DNA of 63,644 nt from an uncultured Verrucomicrobiota bacterium (GTDB lineage: Bacteria > Verrucomicrobiota > Verrucomicrobiia > Palsa-1439), in the NCBI GenBank assembly GCA_903847335.1, contig CAINDI010000126.1:1-63644 (forward strand). The letters are read 5' to 3'. This document shows positions 46,613 through 56,646 of this stretch, piece after piece (position 1 is the first letter of the stretch; each line of letters opens with the position of its first letter). Under the pieces are notes generated by a model, which worked only from the letters and a program-made list of their open reading frames with translations, was not told where the DNA came from and searched no databases. The position numbers and the translations under genes were made by a program.

Positions 46613-46945
46613 ATGAATAGATTCTTCGCCATCTTCGTTTTGATTTTGGCTGGCTGCGCCAAGCCAGACGCAAAGTACTCTGATTTGCGCCCACCTACCC
46701 ATGCCACCATCTCCGGCAACAAGGTCACGATTCACATTGGCAGTGATTTAGCAAATTCGGCATTCTATGCTCGTCCCAAGGCGAGAGTTGATGGTCAAAC
46801 TGTTTATGTTGTCGGGTATCACACGATGTCAGAGCAGAGCCGAGAGTTTGTGGTTCGGCTTCCGGCATCGGTTGGCACGCAGACGGTATCAGCCGTTTGG
46901 ATTGATCCAGACGGCAGTCAGATTCCAGTTCCAGTCACCAAATGA
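46613..46945 (+). CDS. hypothetical lipoprotein
   Basis: ORF 46334..46945. Internal ATG at 46613 gives MNRFFAIFVLILAGCAK (lipobox LAGC). Confidence 0.55.
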   Translation: MNRFFAIFVLILAGCAKPDAKYSDLRPPTHATISGNKVTIHIGSDLANSAFYARPKARVDGQTVYVVGYHTMSEQSREFVVRLPASVGTQTVSAVWIDPDGSQIPVPVTK

Positions 46946-47015
46946 GTATGGAGCCACCTAGCTACATGCAGTGCATGCGAATACGGGCTACCGCCCGCGT
47001 CACTTACTTTTACCG

Positions 47016-48761
47016 TTAGCCGCGCTTCAGCACCTTTTCGATTTCCTTCAGTGGTAGACAATTGATCACGTCGTTTTTTTCCAGCCAACCTTTCCGAGCG
47101 ATGGCGGCACCGATGGCGAGATACTGGTAGTCTTCAATACTGTGTGCGTCGGAGTTGATTGAACATTTCACGCCGAGTTCCTTCGCGCGCTTCCACAACC
47201 GCCAATCCATGTCGAGCCGGTACGGATGCGCATTAATCTCGATAATCTTCCGGTGCTCCGCCGCCGCCGCAATCACTTCCGGCATGTTGACGGCGTAACC
47301 TTCGCGTTCGAGTAGCAACCGGCCGGTCGGATGCGCGAGCATCGTCACTTTCGGATTCGCCAGCGCCCGGCAAATGCGTTCGGTTTGCGCGTCCACCGGT
47401 AAAGTGAAACTGGAATGCACAGCGGCAATAACAAAATCGCACTGCGCCAGCGTCGCGTCATCAAAATCCAGCGTGCCGTCCGGCAAGATGTCAACTTCGG
47501 TGCCAAAAAAAATCCGGAAATCCTGATTCGCAAATTTCGCGTTGAGTTTTTTTACTTCGACTGCTTGTTGCCGGAGCCGAGTTTCGTCGAGACCGTTGGC
47601 TTGGCGCTGGCCTTTGCTGTGATCGGAAATGCCGATGTATTCCAGACCGAGGTCCCGCGCAGCGTTGGCCATCGCTTCAATACTTTCGACGCCGTCACTC
47701 CAAGTCGAATGAACGTGGAACACGCCGCGAAGATTTTCCTTCACGATTAGCTGCGGCAACGTACCGGCGAGTTCCCCCATATCTTCGCGGAGTTCCGGTG
47801 GAACATATTCGAGGTCGAGCGCCGCGTAGATTTCTTCCTCGGTCCGGCATGGAATGCTACTGCCGAGTTCCTTCGCACTCTTTTCTTTTTCTGCCGCCGG
47901 CGAAAAACCGTATTCGTTCAGCGACAGATTTTTCAGCTTCAACGCCCGGCTCCGCATGGCGATATTGTGTTCCTTGCTACCGGTAAAATAATTTAGCGCA
48001 AATGCAAACTGTTCGTCGCTCACCACGCGCAAATCGGCTTGGATACCGCCGGCCAGCACCACACTGGCTTTCGTTTCGCCTTGCGCGCTCACGGCACGCA
48101 CGCCGGCCATCCCGACGAAATCCGCAATGATGCCGGGCGCGTCCACCGGTTTTGCGCTGACCAAAAAATCCACATCGCCAATCGTTTCGCGGCACCGGCG
48201 CAAACTGCCGGCCACGCTGCATCGAATCACGCCGTCGTGCGACCGCAACGCTTCCAACACCGGTTCCGCCGCGGCAACCGCCGTGTGATAATGATGCCGG
48301 CCACTGAACTGCCGGAGCAACGCGATGCCTTCCAAAATTTTCTGCTGCGATTTTTCGCCGAAGCCGGCCAATTTCGCGACTCGACCGGCTTGGCAAGCGG
48401 CTTCAAGTTTTTCGAGTGAGTCCACTTGCAGTTGGTCGTACACCGCTTTGGTTTTCTTCGGGCCGAAGCCGGGAATTCGGAGCAGGTCGAGCAAGCCCGG
48501 TGGAAATGAAGCTTTTAATTCATCGTGAAACCGGAGCCGGTCCGTTGTCAGCATCTCGGCGATTTTTGCGGCGAGGTCGGTGCCGATACCTTTGATTTCG
48601 GTGAGTCGATTTTCAGCGGCGAGCGTGGCCAAATCTTCCTGCAAACTTTCGACGATTCGCGCGGCGTTGGCATAAGCCCGGACACGAAACGGATTGTCGC
48701 CGCGCAATTCCAGCAACGTGGCGACCTCCGCGAGCGTGCCGGCGATTTGCTGGCGGTTCAT
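47016..48761 (-). CDS. polX: family X DNA polymerase with C-terminal PHP domain (PolX)
   Basis: An N-terminal HhH/8-kDa domain (IAGTLAEVATLLELRGDNPFRVRAYANAAR), a Pol-beta-like nucleotidyltransferase (GSLRRCRETIGDVDFLV) and a PHP domain (FHVHSTWSDG). Confidence 0.88.
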   Translation of the reverse strand: MNRQQIAGTLAEVATLLELRGDNPFRVRAYANAARIVESLQEDLATLAAENRLTEIKGIGTDLAAKIAEMLTTDRLRFHDELKASFPPGLLDLLRIPGFGPKKTKAVYDQLQVDSLEKLEAACQAGRVAKLAGFGEKSQQKILEGIALLRQFSGRHHYHTAVAAAEPVLEALRSHDGVIRCSVAGSLRRCRETIGDVDFLVSAKPVDAPGIIADFVGMAGVRAVSAQGETKASVVLAGGIQADLRVVSDEQFAFALNYFTGSKEHNIAMRSRALKLKNLSLNEYGFSPAAEKEKSAKELGSSIPCRTEEEIYAALDLEYVPPELREDMGELAGTLPQLIVKENLRGVFHVHSTWSDGVESIEAMANAARDLGLEYIGISDHSKGQRQANGLDETRLRQQAVEVKKLNAKFANQDFRIFFGTEVDILPDGTLDFDDATLAQCDFVIAAVHSSFTLPVDAQTERICRALANPKVTMLAHPTGRLLLEREGYAVNMPEVIAAAAEHRKIIEINAHPYRLDMDWRLWKRAKELGVKCSINSDAHSIEDYQYLAIGAAIARKGWLEKNDVINCLPLKEIEKVLKRG

Positions 48762-48764
48762 CGG

Positions 48765-49238
48765 CTATTTCACTTTCAACGTGGACGCCACTTCGCGAAC
48801 GCCGTCGGTTTCCAGCGCGAGCGCCACCGCTTTGCCGATGAGTTTCGAGTTGGCAACATTGCCGGAGAGTGTGACGCGACCATCGGTGGTGCTGACTGCG
48901 ATAGATTTCACGGACAGCTCTTTGTTGAGTGCGAGCTTGGTTTTGATTTGCGCCGAGATGCGTGCATCGGCGGTCGCGTCGGCGACGGTGGCGCCGAACT
49001 CGCGCATTTGCCGGCGGACGACTTTGCCAGTCTTGGTTAATTCTTCCTCGATATCGGCGCCGGTCAAATGCCACGCGGTTAGTTTTGCTTCAATCGTGTC
49101 TGCCGTCTGGCGGAAAGTGGTGGCGGCAGAATCTTGAACGTGGCGCACCGCCGGTGAATGCCGCGCGGTAACGAAATACCAGCCGGTCGCCGCCGTTAAA
49201 ACCGCACCGACAATCAAGCCGATAAAAAACTCTTTCAT
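48765..49238 (-). CDS. BON domain membrane protein
   Basis: N-terminal TM (FFIGLIVGAVLTAATGWYF) and a C-terminal BON domain (ISAQIKTKLALNKELSVKSIAVSTTDGRVTLSGNV...). Confidence 0.75.
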   Translation of the reverse strand: MKEFFIGLIVGAVLTAATGWYFVTARHSPAVRHVQDSAATTFRQTADTIEAKLTAWHLTGADIEEELTKTGKVVRRQMREFGATVADATADARISAQIKTKLALNKELSVKSIAVSTTDGRVTLSGNVANSKLIGKAVALALETDGVREVASTLKVK

Positions 49239-49267
49239 AGCCCCGGCATCTTACCGGGAATGGCGGT

Positions 49268-52200
49268 TCAATTCACCTGCAAACTGAAAGCCTGTTGGCC
49301 GGTGCCTTTCCGATTGTCCGTAACTTGGATGGTGAAGTTGAAAATTCCGGTCGCGGTGGGTTTACCGGAAAGAGCGCCGCCGCTACTGAGCCGCATGCCG
49401 GCGGGCAACGAACCGCTGAGCAACTTCCACTGATACGGCGTCGCGCCACCGGTGGCTTGCAATGTTTTTGAGTAATTTTGCGTCGTGCTACCACTCGGCA
49501 ACATGCTGGCGGTGGTAATGACCGGCGTGGTGATGAGGAAGCTGGCAGCGGCGATTGCACTGTCGGTATAAAACGCACGAAAGGCTTTTGTTTTGAGCGT
49601 AACGGAATTCGATAACGTCAACGCAGCTGTGTATTTCGTCGAGATCGCGGTGGGCGTGCTGCCGTCTAACGTATACCGGAGTACCGATTGGCTGGTCGAA
49701 CAACTCAGAGTAACTTTCACATAATCCGGATTCGTGCCGCCGGCCGGCGAGATTCTCGGCGTAGCAACAGTGAGACCAGTGTTGACGGTAATATTGAAAA
49801 TTGCCGTTGCGGTGGCGCCGGTGCGGTCCGTCACTTGCACCGTGAAACGATTGGTGCCGATGGTGCTCGGCGTGCCGGTTATGACTCCGGCGCTGCTCAA
49901 CCGCAAACCGGATGGCAAAGTTCCGGCGGTGATTTTCCAAGTGTAAGGCGCCGTGCCGCTCGTGGCTTGCAAGGTTGTGCTGTAAACCGTACGTAGCGCA
50001 CCGTCCGGTAAGGGATTAGTGGTCGTGATAGTCGGGCCGGCCTGAATCGTGAGACTGAATGTGTTACTTCCTGTCACGGCGAAACTATCGGTCACTTGCA
50101 CGGTGAAACTGGTATTGGTAACTGCCGTCGGCGTGCCGTAAATGATGCCGTTTTTATTCAATGCCAAACCGGCTGGCAAGTTACCGGCGATGAGCTTCCA
50201 AGTGTACGGCGGCGTGCCATCACTTCCGGTAAATGTGCCGACATACGCCGCGCCAATTTCACCGGCTGGCAAAACACTCGCGGTCGTGATGACCGGCGGC
50301 GGTTGAATCGTCAGGCTAAAATTACCGGTCGCAGTGGCCGCCACATTATCCGTGACGCGGACGGTGAACGTGCTCGTGCCGTCGGCAGTGGGTGTGCCGG
50401 TCAGCGTGCCATCGCTATTCAACGTCAAACCGGCCGGTGGATTTCCACTGATTAGCGTCCAAGTGTACGGTGGCGTGCCGCCACTGCCGTTCAACGCACC
50501 GCTGTACGCCACGCCGATTTCGCCGGCGGGCAACGGACTCGGTGTCGCAATGGCCAACCCAGCGTTACCGGCGTTGTACACGACCAGCGCAAAATCTTGA
50601 TTGAGCGGATTGCTATCGTCAGGAATCGCCGCGGAGTTGATATTGTGCGCAGTCACCGTCACGGTGAAACTACCGGTGGTGCCCGCCGGTAAAAAAATGC
50701 TTTCGACATTATTCAGACGGTCGGCACTACCGCCGGTGGTGGAATTCGCGCCAACGAAAACATTGCCGTAATAAGTTTGACCACCGATGGTCACGGTCAG
50801 ATCGAGATCATTGTTCAACGCTTTACCAGTCATCGTACTGCCGGGTGCATCGGTCCACGCCAGTGTGACGCGGAATGGTTTGGTGGCATCCAAAATCGCG
50901 CCGGTGAAAGTGCGCGTCTGACCGGTCGCGGTAAATTTATCCACCGGCACTTGGTCGCGTAACAGTCGCACTGTGCCATCAAACGCCATCCCGAGATTCA
51001 ACTCGCCCATGCCTTGACTCGGCGACGGCAGCGTGTCGTTCGCATAAACACCGGTGAGATACCGGGCCGAATTAATTAAATACGCTTTCGTCATCGCCGG
51101 ACTTGGCGGCGTTAACGCTTGGTTAATGAAATATTGCCGGAGCAACGCACACGCTCCCGATACCGCCGGTGCCGAGTGACTCGTCCCGGAAGATTCCACA
51201 AAAAATTGTTGGCCGATGGGAAAGAAATTGCTGACGCCGCCGACATTGCGACTCGTGAGCAAACCGCAAACGCCGTCGCCGTTCGCCAGAAAACAGGAGA
51301 GCGCGGCACCGGTGCCACTCGGTGTCGGTGGCGGAGATGATTGCGGTGCGCCGGCAATGATGTGCGTTCCGGGAGCGACGAGGTCTGGTTTGAACCGGCC
51401 ATCGTTACACGGCCCACGACTGGAAAAATCGACAACATCATTCGCACTATTGGCATCGGTGTCATAGGTCGTGCAACCATCTTGACCGGCAGTATTATTG
51501 CCGCCATTGGCGGTGGAAAGCGACCGGACATTTTCGGATGCGCCGACGGTGATGACATTTTTCGCGGTGCCGGGCGGCGTGATGGTGAAGGTCGTCGGGC
51601 CATCATTGCCGGCGGAAAAAACGAGAATCATTTCTTGATTGGCAAGACCGCGTACCATGCTGTCGTACAATTGTGAATCGGAATTATAATCGCCACCGCT
51701 CCCGGTGTCGCCCCAACTGTTATTGCTGATTCGGGCACCAGACTGATACGCATCCGAAATTAACGTCGGCACATCTGGATAAGTCCAATTGTCCGGATCA
51801 AAAACCACCGACGAACCGACATGGACAAACGGGCACACACCTAAGCCATACGAATAGCCGGCAGCATCGCGGTGCAGATAGCTGCTCTGATTGTCATAAC
51901 CGGCGACGATGTGAGTGTTCAAATTACCGTGGCCATCGCAGCCAGCCAGCGTGCTGGAAGGATTCGGCGAACCTTCGAGCCGGTTATAAGCGACACGGCT
52001 GGTGGCGTTAATGTTACCGGCGGGATACAACCCAAAATGTCCCGGTTGCGCGGTGCCATTATCAACTCCGCTATCGCTGAGATCGACGACAAAACCGGAG
52101 GTATCGAATTGCGATTGCGTGAAACCTTTGCTGGCCAACCATGCGAGATAACCGGGACCACTCGGCACAGAGCCGGTCAGATTGCCGGCGATGATTTGGC

Positions 52201-52816
52201 TTTGGCGTTCATCGTGTTTTTGCGGCGCAAAAAACGGTCGCACGGAAATCACATCCGGCTGCGCGGCGAGTGTGTCCAAATCTGCCGGCCACAACTGCGC
52301 CACCAGATGAATGAACGCACCGCTTTTGGTTTGCCGGTGAAGCGGTGCCAATTTCAATTGCTCGAGTAAGGCGAAGGTCGCGGCATTGGCACCGGCATCG
52401 TCCACCAGCTGAATCGCAAACTCGGCGCTCAGATTTTGCCGCGCTTTCGGATGAACTTTGTGCGCGACTTGATATGCACCGTGCCACCGTACCGGTGCCA
52501 AACTTTGCGCCCGGGCAATGGCCGCAGCATCGCCGTAAATTAGATATGCATTGTCCGGCAAGTAACTCAACACTCGCACACCGGTCTGGCGCAATGCCGT
52601 GTGCCATTCGGTTTGAATCGGGCCGGTAAATTGAATCAAGTACGCCTGCTGACCGGTAAACGCTGCCGCTTGACGAAGTGCGACTGGCGCGCTGGTGTCG
52701 AGTCGGCCGGTGTTCAGATAAATGCTGTGGGATGGTTCTTGCGCACTGGCCAGTTGCGGAATGAGTGCGGCAAGCGCCAACAACCACCGGAATCCGGATG
52801 AATTTCTCATAGGCAA
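49268..52816 (-). CDS. secreted S8 (subtilisin-family) serine peptidase with C-terminal Ig-like repeat array
   Basis: Signal peptide (WLLALAALIPQLASA). Catalytic triad regions VVDLSDSGVD (Asp), DGHGNLNTHIVAG (His) and SGTSHSAPAVSGACAL (Ser). C-terminal He_PIG-like repeats. Confidence 0.85.
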   Translation of the reverse strand: MPMRNSSGFRWLLALAALIPQLASAQEPSHSIYLNTGRLDTSAPVALRQAAAFTGQQAYLIQFTGPIQTEWHTALRQTGVRVLSYLPDNAYLIYGDAAAIARAQSLAPVRWHGAYQVAHKVHPKARQNLSAEFAIQLVDDAGANAATFALLEQLKLAPLHRQTKSGAFIHLVAQLWPADLDTLAAQPDVISVRPFFAPQKHDERQSQIIAGNLTGSVPSGPGYLAWLASKGFTQSQFDTSGFVVDLSDSGVDNGTAQPGHFGLYPAGNINATSRVAYNRLEGSPNPSSTLAGCDGHGNLNTHIVAGYDNQSSYLHRDAAGYSYGLGVCPFVHVGSSVVFDPDNWTYPDVPTLISDAYQSGARISNNSWGDTGSGGDYNSDSQLYDSMVRGLANQEMILVFSAGNDGPTTFTITPPGTAKNVITVGASENVRSLSTANGGNNTAGQDGCTTYDTDANSANDVVDFSSRGPCNDGRFKPDLVAPGTHIIAGAPQSSPPPTPSGTGAALSCFLANGDGVCGLLTSRNVGGVSNFFPIGQQFFVESSGTSHSAPAVSGACALLRQYFINQALTPPSPAMTKAYLINSARYLTGVYANDTLPSPSQGMGELNLGMAFDGTVRLLRDQVPVDKFTATGQTRTFTGAILDATKPFRVTLAWTDAPGSTMTGKALNNDLDLTVTIGGQTYYGNVFVGANSTTGGSADRLNNVESIFLPAGTTGSFTVTVTAHNINSAAIPDDSNPLNQDFALVVYNAGNAGLAIATPSPLPAGEIGVAYSGALNGSGGTPPYTWTLISGNPPAGLTLNSDGTLTGTPTADGTSTFTVRVTDNVAATATGNFSLTIQPPPVITTASVLPAGEIGAAYVGTFTGSDGTPPYTWKLIAGNLPAGLALNKNGIIYGTPTAVTNTSFTVQVTDSFAVTGSNTFSLTIQAGPTITTTNPLPDGALRTVYSTTLQATSGTAPYTWKITAGTLPSGLRLSSAGVITGTPSTIGTNRFTVQVTDRTGATATAIFNITVNTGLTVATPRISPAGGTNPDYVKVTLSCSTSQSVLRYTLDGSTPTAISTKYTAALTLSNSVTLKTKAFRAFYTDSAIAAASFLITTPVITTASMLPSGSTTQNYSKTLQATGGATPYQWKLLSGSLPAGMRLSSGGALSGKPTATGIFNFTIQVTDNRKGTGQQAFSLQVN
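49271..50551 (-). repeat. intragenic tandem array: four ~84-87-aa He_PIG-type Ig repeats plus one unrelated 83-aa beta-sandwich module
   Basis: Repeat units by manual alignment: 50294-50551, 50033-50293, 49772-50032 and 49271-49522. The shared pattern is LP.G..G..Y...L.A.GGT.PYTW.L..G.LP.GL.L...G...GTPT..G...FTVQVTD. The module at 49523-49771 (..LRYTLDGSTPT..STKY..) sits between repeats 3 and 4. Confidence 0.8.
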
Positions 52817-52856
52817 ACTATAGCAGAAGTTCGTCCGGTTTCCACAAGGACTAGCG

Positions 52857-53456
52857 TCAGTAATCTGGATACCGGCACTGGAGCAATTTCGCGCGGAATT
52901 TCGTGTAGGCTTTCATTGCTTCGCGAACGCAGCTGTAGGCATCAATTCGCCCACGAAAATCTTCAACTTTTACCTGACCCGCTTTTTCGAGTTCCTTGTA
53001 AATCTCGAAGAAGTGCCGAATTTCGCGGAGCGTGTGCGGCGGCAATTGCGAGATGTCGGTGTAGCTGGCGTAAATCGGGTCATTGGCGTGAACGGCAATA
53101 ATTTTGAAATCTTCCTGCCCGGAATCGTGCATCGGCAACAAACCAATCGGTCGGGCTTGCATCACGCAGCCGGGAATTACCGGCTCTTGCGATAACACCA
53201 GAATATCGAGCGGATCGTGGTCGCGGCAGTAAGTTTGCGGAATGAATCCGTAGTTGCTCGGATAATGCACCGAGCTATGCAACATCCGGCTGATGTGGAG
53301 AATACCGGTGGCTTTATCGAGTTCGTATTTGATTTTTGAGCGCATCGGACACTCGATAAACGCGTGGACTTCCTGCGGCGCGTGGGTGCCGGGTTCCAAG
53401 AGGTGAAATGGATTGTGTCGCGTCAGATGAGTAATGTCAGAAGATTTTTTTGCCAT
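52857..53456 (-). CDS. ppa: inorganic pyrophosphatase (family I)
   Basis: YPSNYGFIPQTYCRDHDPLDILVL and the other acidic motifs of family I PPases. Confidence 0.9.
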   Translation of the reverse strand: MAKKSSDITHLTRHNPFHLLEPGTHAPQEVHAFIECPMRSKIKYELDKATGILHISRMLHSSVHYPSNYGFIPQTYCRDHDPLDILVLSQEPVIPGCVMQARPIGLLPMHDSGQEDFKIIAVHANDPIYASYTDISQLPPHTLREIRHFFEIYKELEKAGQVKVEDFRGRIDAYSCVREAMKAYTKFRAKLLQCRYPDY

Positions 53457-53468
53457 GCCCGATTGACT

Positions 53469-56400
53469 CTAGCGAAGCTGTGGTGTGCGTGCAACTTCAA
53501 AGCGGCCGGTCGGCGGCTTTGGCGTGAAGAAATTGGAAATCACCACGAAGAACAGCGGGATGAAGACCAAGTCAATGAACGTGGCGGAGAGCATACCGCC
53601 GGTGACCGCCGTGCCGATGGCGTTCATCGCACCGGCGCCAGCACCGGTGGCAAGCGCCAGAGGCAAGGTGCCGAAGAAAAATGCCAGCGATGTCATAATG
53701 ACCGGGCGGAACCGGATTTTTACAGCTGCCAGAGTCGCCTCTTTCAGCCCCATTCCTTGGTGCATCTGTTCTTTGATAAACTGGATAATCAAGATGGCAT
53801 TTTTCGTCGAAAGCCCCATCGTGGTGAGGAAACCGATCTGGAAATAAACGTCGTTGTGCATGTGGCGCATGGAAGTCGCGACGATGGCGCCGAAGACGCC
53901 GAGCGGCAGCATCAGCAAATTCACAAACGGAATCGTCCAGCTTTCATACAATGCCGCGACGCAGAGAAAAATCACTAGAATCGAGAAGGCGTAGAGGAGC
54001 GGGCCTTGCGCCGTCGCGATCCGTTCCTGATACGATAATCCGTTCCAGTCGAAGCCGATACCCGTCGGTAGTTTTGCGCAGAGTTCTTCCATCGCTTGCA
54101 TTGCTTCGCCGGAGCTTTTGCCGGGACCGGGTTCACCCCAGATATTCACGGACGACAGTCCGTTGAAACGTTCGAGCCGCGGCGAGCCGGTCGTCCAGCG
54201 AGTTTTTGAAAACGATGTGAACGGCACCATTTTACCGGCGGTGTTCCGCACATAGAGTTTTTCTAAATCACTCGGCAACATCCGGTACGGCGCGTCGGCT
54301 TGGGCGTACACGCGTTTGACGCGACCGGCCAAAACGAAATCATTCACATACGCACTGCCGAATGCCGCGCCGATGGTATCGTGAATATCTGTAATGGGCA
54401 CACCAAGCGCGCCGGCTTTATCCCAATCCACATCGATCCGGTACTGTGAAACGTCTTCCATGCCATTGGGCCGAACTTTTGCGAGACGTGGGTCTTGCGC
54501 GACCATGCCGAGGAGTTGGTTGCGTGCGTTCATCAACGCCTCATGCCCGACGCCACCACGATCCAACAATTGAAAATCCACACCGCGGGCGTTCCCCAAC
54601 TCCAGCACCGCCGGTGGTGCGAATGCGAATACCATCGCGCCGCGGAGCTGCGAAAATGCCATGACCGTGCGGCTCGCGACCGCTTGCGCGCGCAGTTCGG
54701 GCCGGTCCCGGAGTTTCCAGTCCCGGAGTTTGATGAAGACCAACGCGGTGTTTTGAACGCGCCCGGAGAAACCGGTGCCGGTAATCGTCAGGACCGCCTC
54801 CACGGCATCTTTTTCTTTTTCCTCCAAGTATTGCCGGACTTGATTCGCCACGCTGTGCGACTGTTCCAGCGTGCTACCCGTAGGCATGAGGATTTGCGCG
54901 TACAGAATTCCTTGATCTTCATCTGGCAAGTAGGCTTTTGGCAACCGGAGGAATAGGAAGCCAATCACGACTACGATCAAAACGTACGCCACCAAATACC
55001 GCGTCTTCTTTGCTAAGGAATGGCCGACGAGACGAACATACCGGTCGCGCACCCAGAAAAAGATTCGGTCGAACCACAGGAAAAACGGACGCAAAAACCA
55101 AATCGCATTCTCCGCCGGCTCGTGACCTTTCACGACCGGTTTGAGCAGACCCGCACAGAGCACCGGCGTGAGAATCAACGCGACCAGCACCGATAACAAC
55201 ATTGCCGCGATAATCGTGATGGAAAATTGCCGGTAAATCACGCCGGTCGAGCCGGGGAAAAACGCCATCGGTCCAAACACCGCCGACAACACCAGCCCGA
55301 TGCCGATTAGCGCACTGGTAATTTGCCCCATCGATTTGAGCGTGGCGTCGCGCGGCGACAGACCTTCCTCGGCCATAATCCGCTCGACATTTTCGACGAC
55401 CACGATGGCGTCGTCCACGAGCAAGCCAATCGCCAGCACCATCGCAAACATTGTCAGCATGTTGATCGAAAAACCAAACGCACCGAGCGCCGCAAACGTG
55501 CCGAGCAACACCACCGGTACCGCAATCGTCGGAATCAACGTTGCGCGCAGGTTCCCCATGAACAGCCACATCACGAGGAACACCAACAACACCGCCTCGA
55601 ACAACGTTTTCACCACTTCGTGAATCGCCACGCGCACAAACGGCGTCGTGTCATACGGATAAACCAGTTTCATCCCCTTCGGGAAATACCGGCCCATCTC
55701 CTCCATCTTTTTTCTCACTGCATCGGCGGTCGCCAATGCATTGGCGCCTGGCTCTTGCCGGATGGCCAATGCGGCGGCTGGCTTCCCGTTGTAATACCGG
55801 AAAATGTCGTAGGCTTCCGTGCCAAGTTCGGTGCGGCCAACGTCTTTGACGCGCACGACCGAGCCATCCGGGTTGGTGCGCACCGGAATATTAGCGAATT
55901 CATCCGGCGTTTTCAGGAGATTCTGCACGATGATAGAGGCGTTCAGCCGTTGGCCTTTTACCGCCGGCGCGCCGCCGAACTGACCGGCGGAGACTTCGAC
56001 GTTGTAGGCGCGCAAGGCCGCAATCACTTCGTCAATCGTCAGATGGTAATCGGTCAACTTATCGGGGTTCAGCCAGACGCGCATCGCGTATTGTGCGCCG
56101 AACTCCTGCACTTCTCCGACGCCCGGAATGCGTGCGAGGACTTTTTCCAAATTGGAATACGCGTAATCCTGAAGATCGTTGCTATCCATGCTGCCGTCTT
56201 CTGAAATGAGACTGATGATGAGCAACCAGTTCCGGGTGGACTTGCTGACCGTGACGCCTTGCTGCTGCACCACGTTGGGCAAACTGGCCATCGCGAGCTG
56301 GAGTTTGTTCTGTACTTTCGACCACGCCAAGTTCGGATCGGTCCCGGCTTTGAAAGTCAGTTCGACACGCGAACCACCGGCGGAGTCGCTAGTCGCCGAC

Positions 56401-56636
56401 AAGTACAGCATGTCGTCCAAACCGGTCATCTTTGACTCGATGATTTGGGTGACGCTATTTTCCACCGTCTCTGCCGACGCGCCCGGATAAAAGGAATCGA
56501 TGGCAATCGCCGGCGGTGCAATCGGCGGGTACTGCGAAACGGGTAGATTATAAATTGCCAGACAGCCAACGACCATCAAGAGGATGGCGATAACCCAAGC
56601 GAACACTGGCCGGTCGAGGAAGAATCGGGATAACAT
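53469..56636 (-). CDS. RND multidrug efflux permease (AcrB/HAE1-like)
   Basis: 1055 aa. MLSRFFLDRPVFAWVIAILLM start and 12-TM RND architecture with two large periplasmic loops. Confidence 0.92.
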   Translation of the reverse strand: MLSRFFLDRPVFAWVIAILLMVVGCLAIYNLPVSQYPPIAPPAIAIDSFYPGASAETVENSVTQIIESKMTGLDDMLYLSATSDSAGGSRVELTFKAGTDPNLAWSKVQNKLQLAMASLPNVVQQQGVTVSKSTRNWLLIISLISEDGSMDSNDLQDYAYSNLEKVLARIPGVGEVQEFGAQYAMRVWLNPDKLTDYHLTIDEVIAALRAYNVEVSAGQFGGAPAVKGQRLNASIIVQNLLKTPDEFANIPVRTNPDGSVVRVKDVGRTELGTEAYDIFRYYNGKPAAALAIRQEPGANALATADAVRKKMEEMGRYFPKGMKLVYPYDTTPFVRVAIHEVVKTLFEAVLLVFLVMWLFMGNLRATLIPTIAVPVVLLGTFAALGAFGFSINMLTMFAMVLAIGLLVDDAIVVVENVERIMAEEGLSPRDATLKSMGQITSALIGIGLVLSAVFGPMAFFPGSTGVIYRQFSITIIAAMLLSVLVALILTPVLCAGLLKPVVKGHEPAENAIWFLRPFFLWFDRIFFWVRDRYVRLVGHSLAKKTRYLVAYVLIVVVIGFLFLRLPKAYLPDEDQGILYAQILMPTGSTLEQSHSVANQVRQYLEEKEKDAVEAVLTITGTGFSGRVQNTALVFIKLRDWKLRDRPELRAQAVASRTVMAFSQLRGAMVFAFAPPAVLELGNARGVDFQLLDRGGVGHEALMNARNQLLGMVAQDPRLAKVRPNGMEDVSQYRIDVDWDKAGALGVPITDIHDTIGAAFGSAYVNDFVLAGRVKRVYAQADAPYRMLPSDLEKLYVRNTAGKMVPFTSFSKTRWTTGSPRLERFNGLSSVNIWGEPGPGKSSGEAMQAMEELCAKLPTGIGFDWNGLSYQERIATAQGPLLYAFSILVIFLCVAALYESWTIPFVNLLMLPLGVFGAIVATSMRHMHNDVYFQIGFLTTMGLSTKNAILIIQFIKEQMHQGMGLKEATLAAVKIRFRPVIMTSLAFFFGTLPLALATGAGAGAMNAIGTAVTGGMLSATFIDLVFIPLFFVVISNFFTPKPPTGRFEVARTPQLR

Positions 56637-56646
56637 CGCGTTGCTC

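Noticed and set aside
46965-46977. Palindrome catgca-g-tgcatg between the lipoprotein gene and polX.
   Set aside because: It is 6 bp per arm with a 1-nt spacer, has no T-run and cannot form a stable RNA hairpin. It is probably a chance occurrence.
55323-56204. 293-aa plus-strand ORF (His/Arg-rich) antisense to the RND pump. Similar antisense ORFs occur at 58382..59104, 59244..60041, 56929..57549 and 53364..53978.
   Set aside because: All lie within strongly supported efflux genes on the other strand and have biased, repetitive composition with no recognisable domains. They are GC-driven shadow ORFs.
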